IMG/VR virus record: IMGVR_UViG_3300011005_000524
Coordinates: 1-44,450 of that record
From: a virus
Strand: one strand, 5' to 3'
DNA length: 44,450 bases
Part shown: in pieces, positions 31,508-41,319 of the stretch
Layout: every line of letters begins with the position of its first letter
Numbering within the stretch: position 1 is the first letter of the stretch
The notes under the pieces: model-generated
Seen by the model: the letters and a program-made list of their open reading frames with translations, nothing else
What the model was told of the DNA's origin: nothing
The model's database searches: none
Translations under genes and position numbers: made by a program

Positions 31508-32833
31508 CTAACATGATCCACCGTCAGCACCGTGAAATGCTCCAATGGGGTATTTCCAATCATTAACCAACACATCATCAACGGAAAAACCACCGTTCAA
31601 TATGCTGTTCAACGCTGCTTTATCTGTCCGATCAAGACAACTGTCAGCACCTTCAATGAACTGGTAAAGGTCTTTTTTGTTGTCAAGGGTGAAACCAAGC
31701 CTGATTTCGTCCTTATGAAGTTCTGCAAATTCATCCGGGAACAACTCATTGAATCCGGCATACAACCTTGGGGTGCTGAATATGCACATTGCACAACTGC
31801 ATCTGTTCCAACCAACCCTATAACATGGATGCGGATTGACTTTATTTCTTTTCAGCACTTCCCACACATCCCTTTCTGAATAATCAATGCAGCATCGCCA
31901 CTGATGAACTGTTCTGTGTGCTTTCGCTTCAGCGTTTGTGCGGTGAATTTCCATTTCATTATATTTGGCTCTTCCGGCTGATTCTCCCCTTCGTTCACCC
32001 GATACAATCAAGATTTTCTTATCCTGTTTTGTTTCCTGAAGATTTGCTGTCACACTATCTTGAACCGCTGCTTTTAAGTTTCCGCTGCACCATCTTCCTT
32101 GGTGCGTTCCACCCTTTGCCGGGAATTTGAATCTTTTACCGCCCAACTGTTCAAGTTCGCCCATTCTATCAAGATTTGAAACAACGGTATCGGCAACACA
32201 AATCTTCAAGTAAGCTGAACACCAACGCCTTGACAGATCGGGTGACTTTGCCGGAAACTTCATTCTATAACCATATTCCTTCAGAAGATCTTCCATTTCT
32301 TCCGTTGTCTGTTCCTTTAATTCCTTGCATTTCAAATAGTTAGATGACAGTCGGCATTGTTTTATTTCCCCGGTATCAGGATCAATCCATTCAATAGGTT
32401 CGGATGCACCAATCCTATATAGTTCACCGAAAAAACCATTGACCCGGTATGACACACGCAATTTTACATTGAAGGCTTCTGCAACAGCTTTCACATAGTT
32501 CTGTGTGCATTTCCAGTCCATTCTTCTTGTTGGATGTCCCCCGTCTATGTCATGATGCCATAATTCGATCTTTTCCTTGGGAACACCAAGTTCAAGCAGC
32601 TTCAGGAAACAAGCCGTTGAATCCTTACCACCTGAAAACAAAACAACAATCAGGTCATAATCTTCCAAGGGCAGCAGTTCAGGAAGATATATTTTTTCAA
32701 AATGCTTTGAATCCTTGCGTCCGTCAATCATTGGCTGCAATCTGATTCCGTTCCCATATATAGGTTTGTCTTTAACACCGAGAACAACGGGTGTATCTTT
32801 TGTGCAATCCTTGTCTTTCAAAAGTTCAATCAT
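31508..32833 (-). CDS. PP-loop ATP-pyrophosphatase / PAPS-reductase-like protein with an internally duplicated segment
   Basis: PP-loop VVLFSGGKDSTA. Duplicated MKFPAKSPDLSRRWCSAYLKICVADTVVSNL / FKFPAKGGTHQGRWCSGNLKAAVQDSVTANL. C-terminal Cys cluster CYRVGWNRCSCAMC. Confidence 0.75.
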   Translation of the reverse strand: MIELLKDKDCTKDTPVVLGVKDKPIYGNGIRLQPMIDGRKDSKHFEKIYLPELLPLEDYDLIVVLFSGGKDSTACFLKLLELGVPKEKIELWHHDIDGGHPTRRMDWKCTQNYVKAVAEAFNVKLRVSYRVNGFFGELYRIGASEPIEWIDPDTGEIKQCRLSSNYLKCKELKEQTTEEMEDLLKEYGYRMKFPAKSPDLSRRWCSAYLKICVADTVVSNLDRMGELEQLGGKRFKFPAKGGTHQGRWCSGNLKAAVQDSVTANLQETKQDKKILIVSGERRGESAGRAKYNEMEIHRTNAEAKAHRTVHQWRCCIDYSERDVWEVLKRNKVNPHPCYRVGWNRCSCAMCIFSTPRLYAGFNELFPDEFAELHKDEIRLGFTLDNKKDLYQFIEGADSCLDRTDKAALNSILNGGFSVDDVLVNDWKYPIGAFHGADGGSC

Positions 32834-32847
32834 TGTTCAAAGTCCTT

Positions 32848-33147
32848 TCATAGTCTGTTCAAAGGGCAATTCTTGCAGACATCTGATTCCGCAAGTTCAC
32901 AACCTTCTACTTCCGCATCCCATTTATACGGATATTTGCAGTATTGGTCACACATGACTTCTTTTATTGCATCATAGTTCCTATCAACCTTTTCATACCT
33001 TCCCTTGTTTCCGTGTTTATCCATAAATTCAAAAGCTGTTGTCTTTGACAAATCCACATCGTTCAGCATTTCTTTCAGTGCTTTTCTTGATTCAACTGTC
33101 AAACGGGCTGTGAATGTGATTTCACTATCATCAAAAATATTGGTCAT
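32848..33147 (-). CDS. Hypothetical protein with a C-terminal Cys cluster (CDQYC...C...CKNC)
   Basis: ORF 32848..33174. The ATG at 33147 follows AGAAAGGA and forms an ATGA overlap with the MTase stop. Confidence 0.5.
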   Translation of the reverse strand: MTNIFDDSEITFTARLTVESRKALKEMLNDVDLSKTTAFEFMDKHGNKGRYEKVDRNYDAIKEVMCDQYCKYPYKWDAEVEGCELAESDVCKNCPLNRL

Positions 33148-34133
33148 GATTGGTTTTCCTTTCTGTATCTCCACCGCCTTTTGTTCATTCGTTCAACAAT
33201 GTTCAGCGGTTCAGTGTGTTCAATTTCTTCGGGCTTCAACAGCATTTCTTCCCTTGCCCGTCTGCAAAACTCTTTGTTGATCTCAAACCCATAGAATGAA
33301 CGCCCTAATTCCTGACAGGCTCTTGCTGTTGTTCCTGATCCGAAACAGGGATCAATGACTACATCCCCCGGATCGGTAAAGGTTTCAATCAGCTTCCTGA
33401 TCACCGCAATCGGTTTCTGTGTCGGGTGAATCTTCGGAATGTTCGTTCCGTCCGTTTCCCAAGGTATATAGTCAGGAATACCGCAATCATCCGCACAAAA
33501 GGCTTCGATTTCTTCAGGCGTATATTCCCACCCGAACCAGTTCTTGACCATGTGACCAGTTCCCCGGATCGCTTTGCCCGTTTCAGGATCATATTGCGCT
33601 GCATTCCTGAACTTGGGTAATTTGTCCCGGTAGAACAGAAGGGCATATTCTGTTGCACCCACTACACGCATATTTGCTTTCAGGGCTTGCGGTGATGATT
33701 TCTTGATAAACACCAACGGGATATAGTGAATAAACCCTTGCCCTTTGGCTGCATCTATCAGCGTCCCCAACTGTTCAAAGGAACAGAATACAATCATGCA
33801 CGGTGAATTGCTGCTTCTTCCCCTGATTGAAGGGTTCTTGTCATCCTTTTTCATCAGCCTTGAACAGAAATGGAAGTATTCATAAAGGTTGAAATTGAAA
33901 TCAGATGCAAATGCAGCTTTCCCGGCAAGATTGCTTTCACCGTTTTTATTATCCCCCCCCTTGTACCAAACGGGATTTGACCCATAAAAGTTTGTTCCCA
34001 CATTGTACGGAACATCAGCAATGATCAGTTGGGCTTTCTGTATGGGGTAACACTTCCACCCTTGCATACTGTCATTGTAAAGTTCACACTTCAGTTTTTT
34101 TTGATATTGCATAGCCGTCATCCTTTCATTCAA
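33144..34133 (-). CDS. DNA methyltransferase (N6-adenine/N4-cytosine, beta-class order)
   Basis: Motif IV-like IIADVPYN near the N-terminus. PTQKP and motif I VIDPCFGSGTTARAC near the C-terminus. Confidence 0.85.
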   Translation of the reverse strand: MNERMTAMQYQKKLKCELYNDSMQGWKCYPIQKAQLIIADVPYNVGTNFYGSNPVWYKGGDNKNGESNLAGKAAFASDFNFNLYEYFHFCSRLMKKDDKNPSIRGRSSNSPCMIVFCSFEQLGTLIDAAKGQGFIHYIPLVFIKKSSPQALKANMRVVGATEYALLFYRDKLPKFRNAAQYDPETGKAIRGTGHMVKNWFGWEYTPEEIEAFCADDCGIPDYIPWETDGTNIPKIHPTQKPIAVIRKLIETFTDPGDVVIDPCFGSGTTARACQELGRSFYGFEINKEFCRRAREEMLLKPEEIEHTEPLNIVERMNKRRWRYRKENQS

Positions 34134-36033
34134 ATGTTATTTCAAGGGGAACAAATATCTTGGTATTTCTCCCGTTGATCTTTGCCTGTTTTACCATAAG
34201 CCCCAAACGCTTGTTGATCTGTTTGCTGAAAACAATGTGTGACATCGGGGTCATGGCATTGTCAGCACAAAAGACCTGATAACGCTTGTAAACATCGGCT
34301 GTTGGTTCATTCCGTATCATGTCAACGCCCTGATCTGCTATGAATGCAATGATCGGGTTGTTTTCTTCCTCATAGTCCTTGATTTCCTGTTCAACCTTTT
34401 CTGACTTGGTGAACCCGTCAGATGCAATCACCCTTTTCAGTCCTTCAATTCCCAACCTGATTAGATATTCCGTTGCATCCTGTGAAATCAGCTTGTATTT
34501 GATTCCACTGTCAAATTCAGGATCATCCTTTGTGAATGTGGCATTGAACGGAATGATGATCAACCTTCGCAGCACCGCACCTGTTTTGTCACGCATTCGG
34601 GGGATGTCATTTGCTGAAAATAACAGTTTAATGAACGGGTTGAACTCAAAAGGATCTTGTCCTTTGCGTTCAGCCTTGATCATGTCCCCGGTGACAATCT
34701 TCTTGAATGTGCTGACCTGTGATCCCTGAAGGAAATCATCACCGATGTCATCACCAATGTTTGCAAGTTTGGCATACATCATTGCAGTGCTGAACCTGTC
34801 CCCCAGTTCCTTCAGATCGAGTGCGGAAATGTTGCGTTCACCAAGCATATTTTTGACCATAGCAAGGAAGGTTGATTTTCCGTTCGATTTGTCACCTGTC
34901 AGGATGAATGCCTTTCCCAGTTCATTTCTTCGATAAAGGCAATACCCGGTGCATTCTTCAAGCAATGCCCTGATCGTTGGATCACCGCAAGATAATTTTT
35001 TCAATGTCTTGTCAGTCAGTTCATCATAGGCATCTTCCCGGAAGTCCCACGGAATTTTGTTTGTGACTATGATGTCAGGATTGAACGGGTTCAAAACACC
35101 TTCAGCAATGTCATATATTCCATTGTTGAATGCAATAAACCGGGCATCTGACATTTCATAATCTTCTGCAATCAGTTCAAGATAATCCAACACTTCACGC
35201 CTTTGTGTTTTCTTCAGATTCGGGATGTGTTCAATCATCACCGCTTCAATGTTTCGATACCCCGACCAATACACACCTTCACGGTATATGTGCAACTGGT
35301 TGTTGATCCTGACGATGTGGTTATTGTTCTTCAGATAGGTTGCGAACTTTTCAAACAAGAAAGTTGAACCCAAGAAGAACACGGGCTTCTGAAATGCTTC
35401 ATCCCGAAGGATTGTTTCAAGTTCATCATCACCCAAAGGCTGCTTCAGAACATATTTATTCAGAATCCTGATTGTTTCCCTTGTTTCATCAACAGAAAAG
35501 TCATTTGCCGTCAGTGTTAGAATATAGTTGAATAATGCCTGATTGCGTCCATCTCCGGCATCCATATCAAGAAAATCAGCCGTTGCCCTGACCGGGAAAA
35601 ACCACTTTGGAACTTCCTGATAGTCAACACCCGGTTCAACATCCCATTCAACAAACCGTTCTTCACCATTGACCTTCAAGACCTCATATGAAAGCCTTGT
35701 CCCGACCTTTATATCAGCAGTCAAACCAACCGCAAGCGGAATGTGCGTTCTGTTCCTTGTGATCAGCTTGTTCTTGAAAAGAAAATGCCTTCCCCGTGAT
35801 GTTTGGATGACCTTGCAATTCAACTGTTGATCTTCAACAATCCGCATCATGATTTCTGACTGCTCTGAATCGTCAATGTCAATCAGGATTGCATCATCTG
35901 CAAGCACACCACCATAGCCGGGACAACCCTGAACTTCTTCAAGGCTTTTCCAGTGTGTCCTTCCCTTTAATTTTTCAATGCTCTGTTTTCCTTTGGTTTC
36001 TACATAACCCTTGTATAGTGACATACGATTCAC
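34126..36033 (-). CDS. Primase-helicase (prim-pol-like N-terminus plus D5/P4-type SF3 helicase)
   Basis: LIDIDD...TSRGRHFLF (prim-pol motifs). Walker A FILTGDKSNGKST; Walker B-like IGDDIGDD. Confidence 0.85.
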   Translation of the reverse strand: MNRMSLYKGYVETKGKQSIEKLKGRTHWKSLEEVQGCPGYGGVLADDAILIDIDDSEQSEIMMRIVEDQQLNCKVIQTSRGRHFLFKNKLITRNRTHIPLAVGLTADIKVGTRLSYEVLKVNGEERFVEWDVEPGVDYQEVPKWFFPVRATADFLDMDAGDGRNQALFNYILTLTANDFSVDETRETIRILNKYVLKQPLGDDELETILRDEAFQKPVFFLGSTFLFEKFATYLKNNNHIVRINNQLHIYREGVYWSGYRNIEAVMIEHIPNLKKTQRREVLDYLELIAEDYEMSDARFIAFNNGIYDIAEGVLNPFNPDIIVTNKIPWDFREDAYDELTDKTLKKLSCGDPTIRALLEECTGYCLYRRNELGKAFILTGDKSNGKSTFLAMVKNMLGERNISALDLKELGDRFSTAMMYAKLANIGDDIGDDFLQGSQVSTFKKIVTGDMIKAERKGQDPFEFNPFIKLLFSANDIPRMRDKTGAVLRRLIIIPFNATFTKDDPEFDSGIKYKLISQDATEYLIRLGIEGLKRVIASDGFTKSEKVEQEIKDYEEENNPIIAFIADQGVDMIRNEPTADVYKRYQVFCADNAMTPMSHIVFSKQINKRLGLMVKQAKINGRNTKIFVPLEITFE

Positions 36034-36506
36034 CGCCTTATGTTTACTGGAAGAATGAACGCCAATAATTCCTGATCATCGTTTGTCACAAACAATGGCA
36101 TCTTTTGGGATGTTGCATAGTAGCGCACATCTGAACCGAAGAACTGTAAATACTTCTGATCTATGCCGATGACTATTTTTTTTTCATGCGTTGCAAATCC
36201 GAACGGTGCTTGTTCTATTTTGCTTTCAAATATGATCACCTTTCTGACATCTTCTGTTGTGATCTGTTCATCAGTCATGTTCACCACTACCGCATCATTG
36301 AATGAAGAAATGTGTGATTTGATGCTGAAATATTTACGATCCTTTTTATCAAGGAACAGGCTTTCATTCGGGATAAAAAAACAAGCATTCCCGTCTGACA
36401 ATCCAGTTTTTCCTTCCAGTCCTTCACAAAAAATGACCTGTTTTTTATTGATCAGGGCTTTCAGGAAGTTCACTTGAATCTTTGTTTCATCCATTCCGTA
36501 TTTCAT
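36030..36506 (-). CDS. Hypothetical protein next to the polymerase; C-terminus reminiscent of a beta-clamp domain
   Basis: ORF 36030..36545. The ATG at 36506 follows GAAAGGAAGGA. IGIDQKYLQFFG...PLFVTNDDQELLAFILPVNIRR resembles the DnaN C-terminal pattern (weak, from memory). Confidence 0.5.
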   Translation of the reverse strand: MKYGMDETKIQVNFLKALINKKQVIFCEGLEGKTGLSDGNACFFIPNESLFLDKKDRKYFSIKSHISSFNDAVVVNMTDEQITTEDVRKVIIFESKIEQAPFGFATHEKKIVIGIDQKYLQFFGSDVRYYATSQKMPLFVTNDDQELLAFILPVNIRR

Positions 36507-36528
36507 TTGATCCTTCCTTTCCCGGTGT

Positions 36529-38442
36529 TCAAACCTGAACACCAAAATCTTTCAGCCGTTTTTTTGCAAAGTCGATATACCATTCACGATCAAGTGAATC
36601 CGGGACTGATACACCTTCAACTGAATCATTGAATATGAAACAGTGTTCCGGGGTATTTCCAAACTTTTCAGGTTTTCCACGCTTTCCACCGTTTTTCAAC
36701 AATCGTCCGTCCCTTATATCCTTTGATGCAAAAACACGATATGATTTATATGTATATCTCACGGTTTCAGGGTATTCATACCAAGTCTTGATGACCCTGA
36801 CACCCTTTGATCTCTGAACCGGGTGATCACTGTGTTCATGCTCAACCCATTTATAATTGTCCGAAAGTTTCACGATCTTCTGAAACTGGATCAATTCATC
36901 ACATTCATTGATTGTCTGTTCAACAGGTGTCTTGTGTACCATGTATTCAACCAGTGCTTTGTTCAGGATCGGAAGGTCATTGTCTATGCGTGAAAGTTCC
37001 TTCACATATGCGCCGATTCTTTCAACACCGCCGTCAAGATCAACCCAAAGATAATTGTTCACATCCTTTTGGTATATTTCCTTCAGACAATCAAGTTCAA
37101 GTTTGATTTCGCAAAGGTCAGTGCTGCATCTTTCTTCCCACTCATAGCAAATATCATCAAGCATATTGAATGCTTCATCAGTGTTCGGAATCCAAACAAT
37201 CAGACCATCCGTGTTAGACTGGATCAATCTAAATCCCGGTATCTGTTCAAGATGTTCAATCAGGTCAAGAAGCATCAACTGACCATTGATGCACATACAG
37301 TTGTTGTTTCTTGGGTCATATGCCGGATTCGTTTTGTCCTTCATTGCCCCGGAAAGGGCATTCAGCATCTTTTTGTATGGCAACTGTGCTTTTTTCCACC
37401 GCTTTGCTTCATCCTTTGTTTCAGCGTGTGTCTGCTTGAATTTCATTTGTTTTCGGGTCATATAAACCTTTGTATAGTTGTCATTCGTTGCAGCTCTTGT
37501 GACTAATCCCCACGCAATCAGCATCGAAGGATAATAGTTGTTTACATCAACATGGAACAATGCGCCGGAAACATGACAAGGTTCAGCATCAGCACCATGC
37601 AAACCGCCGAATCCGAATGTGTGTGGAATCCCGGCAACCGTTGTTTCAAGCGATCTTTTATAGAAAAATGTTGACCACCAAAACGAATCATTCCAGTCAT
37701 ATTTGTACCGTTCAGACGGCTTTGCTTCTGCATATGCTTTCTTCATTTCCCTTGTGCAATCATCAGCAGCACTTGCAAACCAATCCTGAACATATTTATA
37801 TTTTTTCAACCGCAAGCACGGAAGAAAGAAATAGTCAAATTCATCATTGAAATCTGTTCGTTCACATCCAAGCACCTTTGATGTGATCCGGGCTTCGGAA
37901 TCACCCAAACAGGAAAGCGGAAGATTGAACGCCTGAACAATTCCATACATTGCATTGAAGTCATCAATCTTCTGAAGGAAAACTTCAATCGCCTGTTCTA
38001 CATCGTGACGGCAATAAAAGATTGTCTGTTCAATCTCTTTTGCGGTCAGTTTCCGATCTATATCAAAGGGGACTTCTGTTTCTTTAATGTTTGAACCAAG
38101 AAATCCTTCCAGTGTTTTCAATCCAATAGGGGGATTTGGCATCACATCATACAAGTTCATCTGAACCTGACTGAACGCCCTTGAAAATTGCCACCCTTCT
38201 TGTTTTTGCACGATGATCCAATCATTGATTTCCTTTGGGTTCATTTCAAGCAGAATCCCCTTGAAAATGTATTGATCATAGTGCTTTATGTTATAGCCGA
38301 CCCAAATATCTTTGCAGTTGGCTTCATACAGTTGTTTCAGTTTTTCGGGATCATTGACAATGACGGTTTCTTTCTGTCTTGTTACATCAATGAACACCGC
38401 AAGCCAGTCATATTTGAAAACCTCAAAATCAAGAAATATCAT
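36529..38442 (-). CDS. Family B-type DNA polymerase with a 3'-5' exonuclease domain
   Basis: Exo I FLDFEV; Exo II YNIKHYD; Exo III YCRHDV. Pol motif A HVDVNNYYPSM; motif B-like KKMLNALSGAMK; motif C QSNTDGL. Confidence 0.75.
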   Translation of the reverse strand: MIFLDFEVFKYDWLAVFIDVTRQKETVIVNDPEKLKQLYEANCKDIWVGYNIKHYDQYIFKGILLEMNPKEINDWIIVQKQEGWQFSRAFSQVQMNLYDVMPNPPIGLKTLEGFLGSNIKETEVPFDIDRKLTAKEIEQTIFYCRHDVEQAIEVFLQKIDDFNAMYGIVQAFNLPLSCLGDSEARITSKVLGCERTDFNDEFDYFFLPCLRLKKYKYVQDWFASAADDCTREMKKAYAEAKPSERYKYDWNDSFWWSTFFYKRSLETTVAGIPHTFGFGGLHGADAEPCHVSGALFHVDVNNYYPSMLIAWGLVTRAATNDNYTKVYMTRKQMKFKQTHAETKDEAKRWKKAQLPYKKMLNALSGAMKDKTNPAYDPRNNNCMCINGQLMLLDLIEHLEQIPGFRLIQSNTDGLIVWIPNTDEAFNMLDDICYEWEERCSTDLCEIKLELDCLKEIYQKDVNNYLWVDLDGGVERIGAYVKELSRIDNDLPILNKALVEYMVHKTPVEQTINECDELIQFQKIVKLSDNYKWVEHEHSDHPVQRSKGVRVIKTWYEYPETVRYTYKSYRVFASKDIRDGRLLKNGGKRGKPEKFGNTPEHCFIFNDSVEGVSVPDSLDREWYIDFAKKRLKDFGVQV

Positions 38443-38467
38443 TCAATCACACCCCTTTTCAAATGCA

Positions 38468-38494
38468 GCGGTGCGGAATGCTTAACCGCACCGC
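38468..38494 (-). other. Perfect 9-bp-stem hairpin GCGGTGCGG / CCGCACCGC upstream of the polymerase RBS (no clear T-run)
   Basis: Read directly; 9-nt loop. Confidence 0.55.
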
Positions 38495-38499
38495 CGTTT

Positions 38500-38515
38500 G
38501 ATAAGAACTCTTAAC
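38500..38515. promoter_or_regulatory. Copy of the 16-bp palindrome (GATAAGAACTCTTAAC, 13/14)
   Basis: In the gap between the DUF669-like gene and the polymerase; identical to 2176-2191 except for one base. Confidence 0.55.
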
Positions 38516-38531
38516 TTTTTGACCTGAAAAA

Positions 38532-38993
38532 TTAAAGGTCATATACTTCCTTGATCTTGATGGGATCAAAGGCATTTGCATCATATTCAACTTCCAGTTC
38601 AACCTTGCCCTCGATTTCCTGATAGATGTCAAGAACACATTCTTCAAAATCAGGATAGTTGACAAATTCCGGGGTTGTCTGTGTTTCCAACTTTTCAAGC
38701 CAAGTCAGAACACCCTTGATTGCTCTGCCGTCATTCCATGTTTCTGTGTTCTTGTTTCCAAGGATCACACGGTTCATGAAAAGGAATCTTCCCTGATGCT
38801 CACCTTCCTTGACCTTGCACTGAACAGAAAACATCAGCTTGTCCCCGGCTTTGGTTTCCTTTATCTCCATCTTCTCAATGGAAACAATGTATGTCCCTTT
38901 CGGAACATCCGTTGTGGTGGGTGCTTCAGCAACATCCTTCTGAAGTGCTGCAAGATCAACCTTGCCTTCAAACTTACTGTAATCAATAGCCAT
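38532..38993 (-). CDS. DUF669-like protein (SSB-like partner of Sak4-type recombinases)
   Basis: ORF 38532..39002. AAGGTGA lies 6 nt before the ATG at 38993. MAIDYSKFEGKVDLAALQKDV...GTYIVSIEKMEIKETKAGDKLMFSVQCKV pattern. Confidence 0.65.
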   Translation of the reverse strand: MAIDYSKFEGKVDLAALQKDVAEAPTTTDVPKGTYIVSIEKMEIKETKAGDKLMFSVQCKVKEGEHQGRFLFMNRVILGNKNTETWNDGRAIKGVLTWLEKLETQTTPEFVNYPDFEECVLDIYQEIEGKVELEVEYDANAFDPIKIKEVYDL

Positions 38994-39005
38994 GATAATC
39001 ACCTT

Positions 39006-39287
39006 TTACCTTTCTAAAATGAATGTTTCCTTCAGCAGTTCAAACGCCTGAACTTCACTGAATCCGACCTGAACAAATGCGTCATATTGTGCCTTGGCTC
39101 TTTCCGCATTATACTTTGCCAAGAATGCCTTGGCTCTTGCCCTTGCTTCCTCACGCTTTGCTTCTGCTTCAGCCTTGAACTTGTCAAAGTCAGGCTTCTT
39201 TGTGGGGTCAGGCTTTACACCTGAAGCCACACCAACGCCGGACGCAAGTAATGCAGCAACCAGTTCTGCAAACAATCTTTCATCCAT
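39006..39287 (-). CDS. Hypothetical Ala/Lys/Glu-rich protein (93 aa)
   Basis: Co-oriented ORF; low-complexity helical sequence. Confidence 0.5.
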   Translation of the reverse strand: MDERLFAELVAALLASGVGVASGVKPDPTKKPDFDKFKAEAEAKREEARARAKAFLAKYNAERAKAQYDAFVQVGFSEVQAFELLKETFILER

Positions 39288-39288
39288 A

Positions 39289-39456
39289 TCACTTCACCTG
39301 TCCTTTCCTGATGCGTTCAAAGTTTGCAGCCATGTTTGCGCTGACATGGTGATTTCCAAACTGTCTTGCAACCCCGGCACGAATGACCGAACGCATCAAT
39401 TTTCTGTTATAGACGGGAATTGGCTTGTAAACCTTCCCCTGTTTTTCGTTGACCAT
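39289..39456 (-). CDS. Small basic protein (55 aa), not in the ORF track
   Basis: AAAGGGG SD, then ATG at 39456: MVNEKQGKVYKPIPVYNRKLMRSVIRAGVARQFGNHHVSANMAANFERIRKGQVK, then TGA. It fills an otherwise empty 184-nt gap. Confidence 0.45.
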   Translation of the reverse strand: MVNEKQGKVYKPIPVYNRKLMRSVIRAGVARQFGNHHVSANMAANFERIRKGQVK

Positions 39457-39471
39457 AACACTGACCCCTTT

Positions 39472-40605
39472 CTATCTTGATCTTCTGACCCTTCTTGTCC
39501 TTGTTCCCGGTTCGGGTGTTTCCGGGGGATTCATTGCACCCTCAAAATGATCCTTTTCTTCAGGTGACGGGAACACTTCGCCTACGATTGCACCTGTTCC
39601 CTTGTCAACATCAGCAATTTCAGCCTTTGCCTGATCCCTTGCAATGCGTTCCTTGCGTGTGCGTCTTGGTACTTCTTCAAGTTCCGGCTTTGGTACGGTG
39701 TCAGCGACCTTTGCAGCTTCATCAAAAGGAACTTCTTCCTGACCGGGGAATGCTTCAGAAATCGCCTGATCAACATTCGAAAGATAGTCGGTCATCTTTT
39801 CATGATTTTCTGCTTCTACCTGATCATGTGTCTTGCGTTCGGGTTCTGCTTCAGGTGCAGCAGTGACTTCTTCAGCAGCTTTTCTTGCTGACCTTGCCCT
39901 TCTTCCGTTTGCATCGGGCTTTGAAAGATCAGATGCAGCGTTCTTGTCTGCTTCAACCATTTCTGCATCAGACTTTGCCCCGGTCAGCTCATAATAGTTG
40001 CGGATTTTGTCATCCACATACTGAAGATCATTGTCAATGGCATATGCCGGGAACATTCCAAGGGGTGATTTCACGGTGTCCTTTCCGCTATTTTGTGTCA
40101 GGAAGTAATACTTTCCTTCATTGACACTTGTGCGAAGAACGATTGTAAACAGTCCTTCAATGGTGATCTTTTCACGAAGCAGCTTTCCAATCAGCTTGAT
40201 TGTGGTCACACCGTTTTCAAGGGTTTCAGTGTGGGTCAGATAGTACACAATGACATCTTCAGGAAGTTCCTTGCACACTTCGATGATCTCAAAATAATTT
40301 GCACCAAAGTCATTCCACTTGTCCCATCCATTTTCCTTGATGCGGTTCATATAAGGCACGGAAAGAATATACTGGAAGTCATCAACCACAATGACCTTCT
40401 TTCCGGCTGCTGCCTGTTCCTTCATCCATTTGGTGATATTTCGGGATTCGGTCACACTGTTCAATGTTGCAAACTTCTTTGAACCCCTAAACGGTAACGG
40501 TTTACCAACAGGATTGACGATTGCAACCTTTTCAGGGTCAAGATTTCGCATACTGGTTGATTTACCAGTTCCCGATTCACCCATGATCAATACTTTTTCA
40601 GCCAT
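39472..40605 (-). CDS. Sak4-like RecA-fold ATPase (AAA_24-like) with a ~170-aa low-complexity charged C-terminal tail
   Basis: Walker A IMGESGTGKST; Walker B VIVVDDFQY. The tail is rich in E/A/P/K/R and ends RTRRVRRSR. Confidence 0.75.
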   Translation of the reverse strand: MAEKVLIMGESGTGKSTSMRNLDPEKVAIVNPVGKPLPFRGSKKFATLNSVTESRNITKWMKEQAAAGKKVIVVDDFQYILSVPYMNRIKENGWDKWNDFGANYFEIIEVCKELPEDVIVYYLTHTETLENGVTTIKLIGKLLREKITIEGLFTIVLRTSVNEGKYYFLTQNSGKDTVKSPLGMFPAYAIDNDLQYVDDKIRNYYELTGAKSDAEMVEADKNAASDLSKPDANGRRARSARKAAEEVTAAPEAEPERKTHDQVEAENHEKMTDYLSNVDQAISEAFPGQEEVPFDEAAKVADTVPKPELEEVPRRTRKERIARDQAKAEIADVDKGTGAIVGEVFPSPEEKDHFEGAMNPPETPEPGTRTRRVRRSR

Positions 40606-40623
40606 GTTTTTTGTTCTCCTTTC

Positions 40624-41313
40624 TTATTCATCCGCATCTTCAGCGGTGTCATCTTTTTCAATGATGTGTGAAGCCCACATATCAGCCCAGTGCAGAATCA
40701 ATGACAGTTGGGTTTCATTGCCGGGAATGTCATACTTCATGAAGTCATATAACCCGTCATGTGTCAGGATCGCCCATTCTTCCTCTTCTGTCAGATCAAG
40801 AAACAGTGTTGCAAGTTTGACTGATCTGACTGCATGGGGAACATTTGTCAGTTCCTTGTTGCGCTTGTAGGGCTTTGTTGCTGAAGGCTTCCCGGACTTC
40901 AAGATGTTGTCAACATACATCTGCTTGCCAAAATCCCCGACCTTTCCAAGATCATGAAGCAGTGTGACAATCGTGATGCTATGTCTGATTTCATCCGTCA
41001 GGTTCTTTCCACCGATCAGGGCAACGGATAACTTTTCAGCAGCCCACATGACATTGACAGAGTGTTCAGCAAGTCCACCTTCCTTTGCCAAATGATACTG
41101 ACCGCTGCAAGGTGCTTTGAAGAACCCGATCTGATCCATATAGTCAATCAGGTCAACCATTCCTTCACGCCCGGTCTTTAATAGACTGGACTTGATGATC
41201 TCCGGGTAATTGTAATTGACGGAATCATCCTTCACACCTTCCTGATCCTGTGTGGCATCCGCTGCAACGGTTGCCTGTTCAATAACTTCTGCATCTTTTT
41301 TCTTTGTAGCCAT
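40624..41313 (-). CDS. HD-domain phosphohydrolase
   Basis: H...HD pattern: LAEHSVNV...VTLLHDLGKVG. Confidence 0.75.
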   Translation of the reverse strand: MATKKKDAEVIEQATVAADATQDQEGVKDDSVNYNYPEIIKSSLLKTGREGMVDLIDYMDQIGFFKAPCSGQYHLAKEGGLAEHSVNVMWAAEKLSVALIGGKNLTDEIRHSITIVTLLHDLGKVGDFGKQMYVDNILKSGKPSATKPYKRNKELTNVPHAVRSVKLATLFLDLTEEEEWAILTHDGLYDFMKYDIPGNETQLSLILHWADMWASHIIEKDDTAEDADE

Positions 41314-41319
41314 AGCCTT

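Noticed and set aside
40494-40513. GGTAACGGTTTACCAACAGG inside the Sak4-like gene as a third iteron element or internal origin
   Set aside because: It is a single occurrence within coding sequence (it encodes PVGKPLP) with no AT-rich flank. It is mentioned under element B but is not called as a feature.
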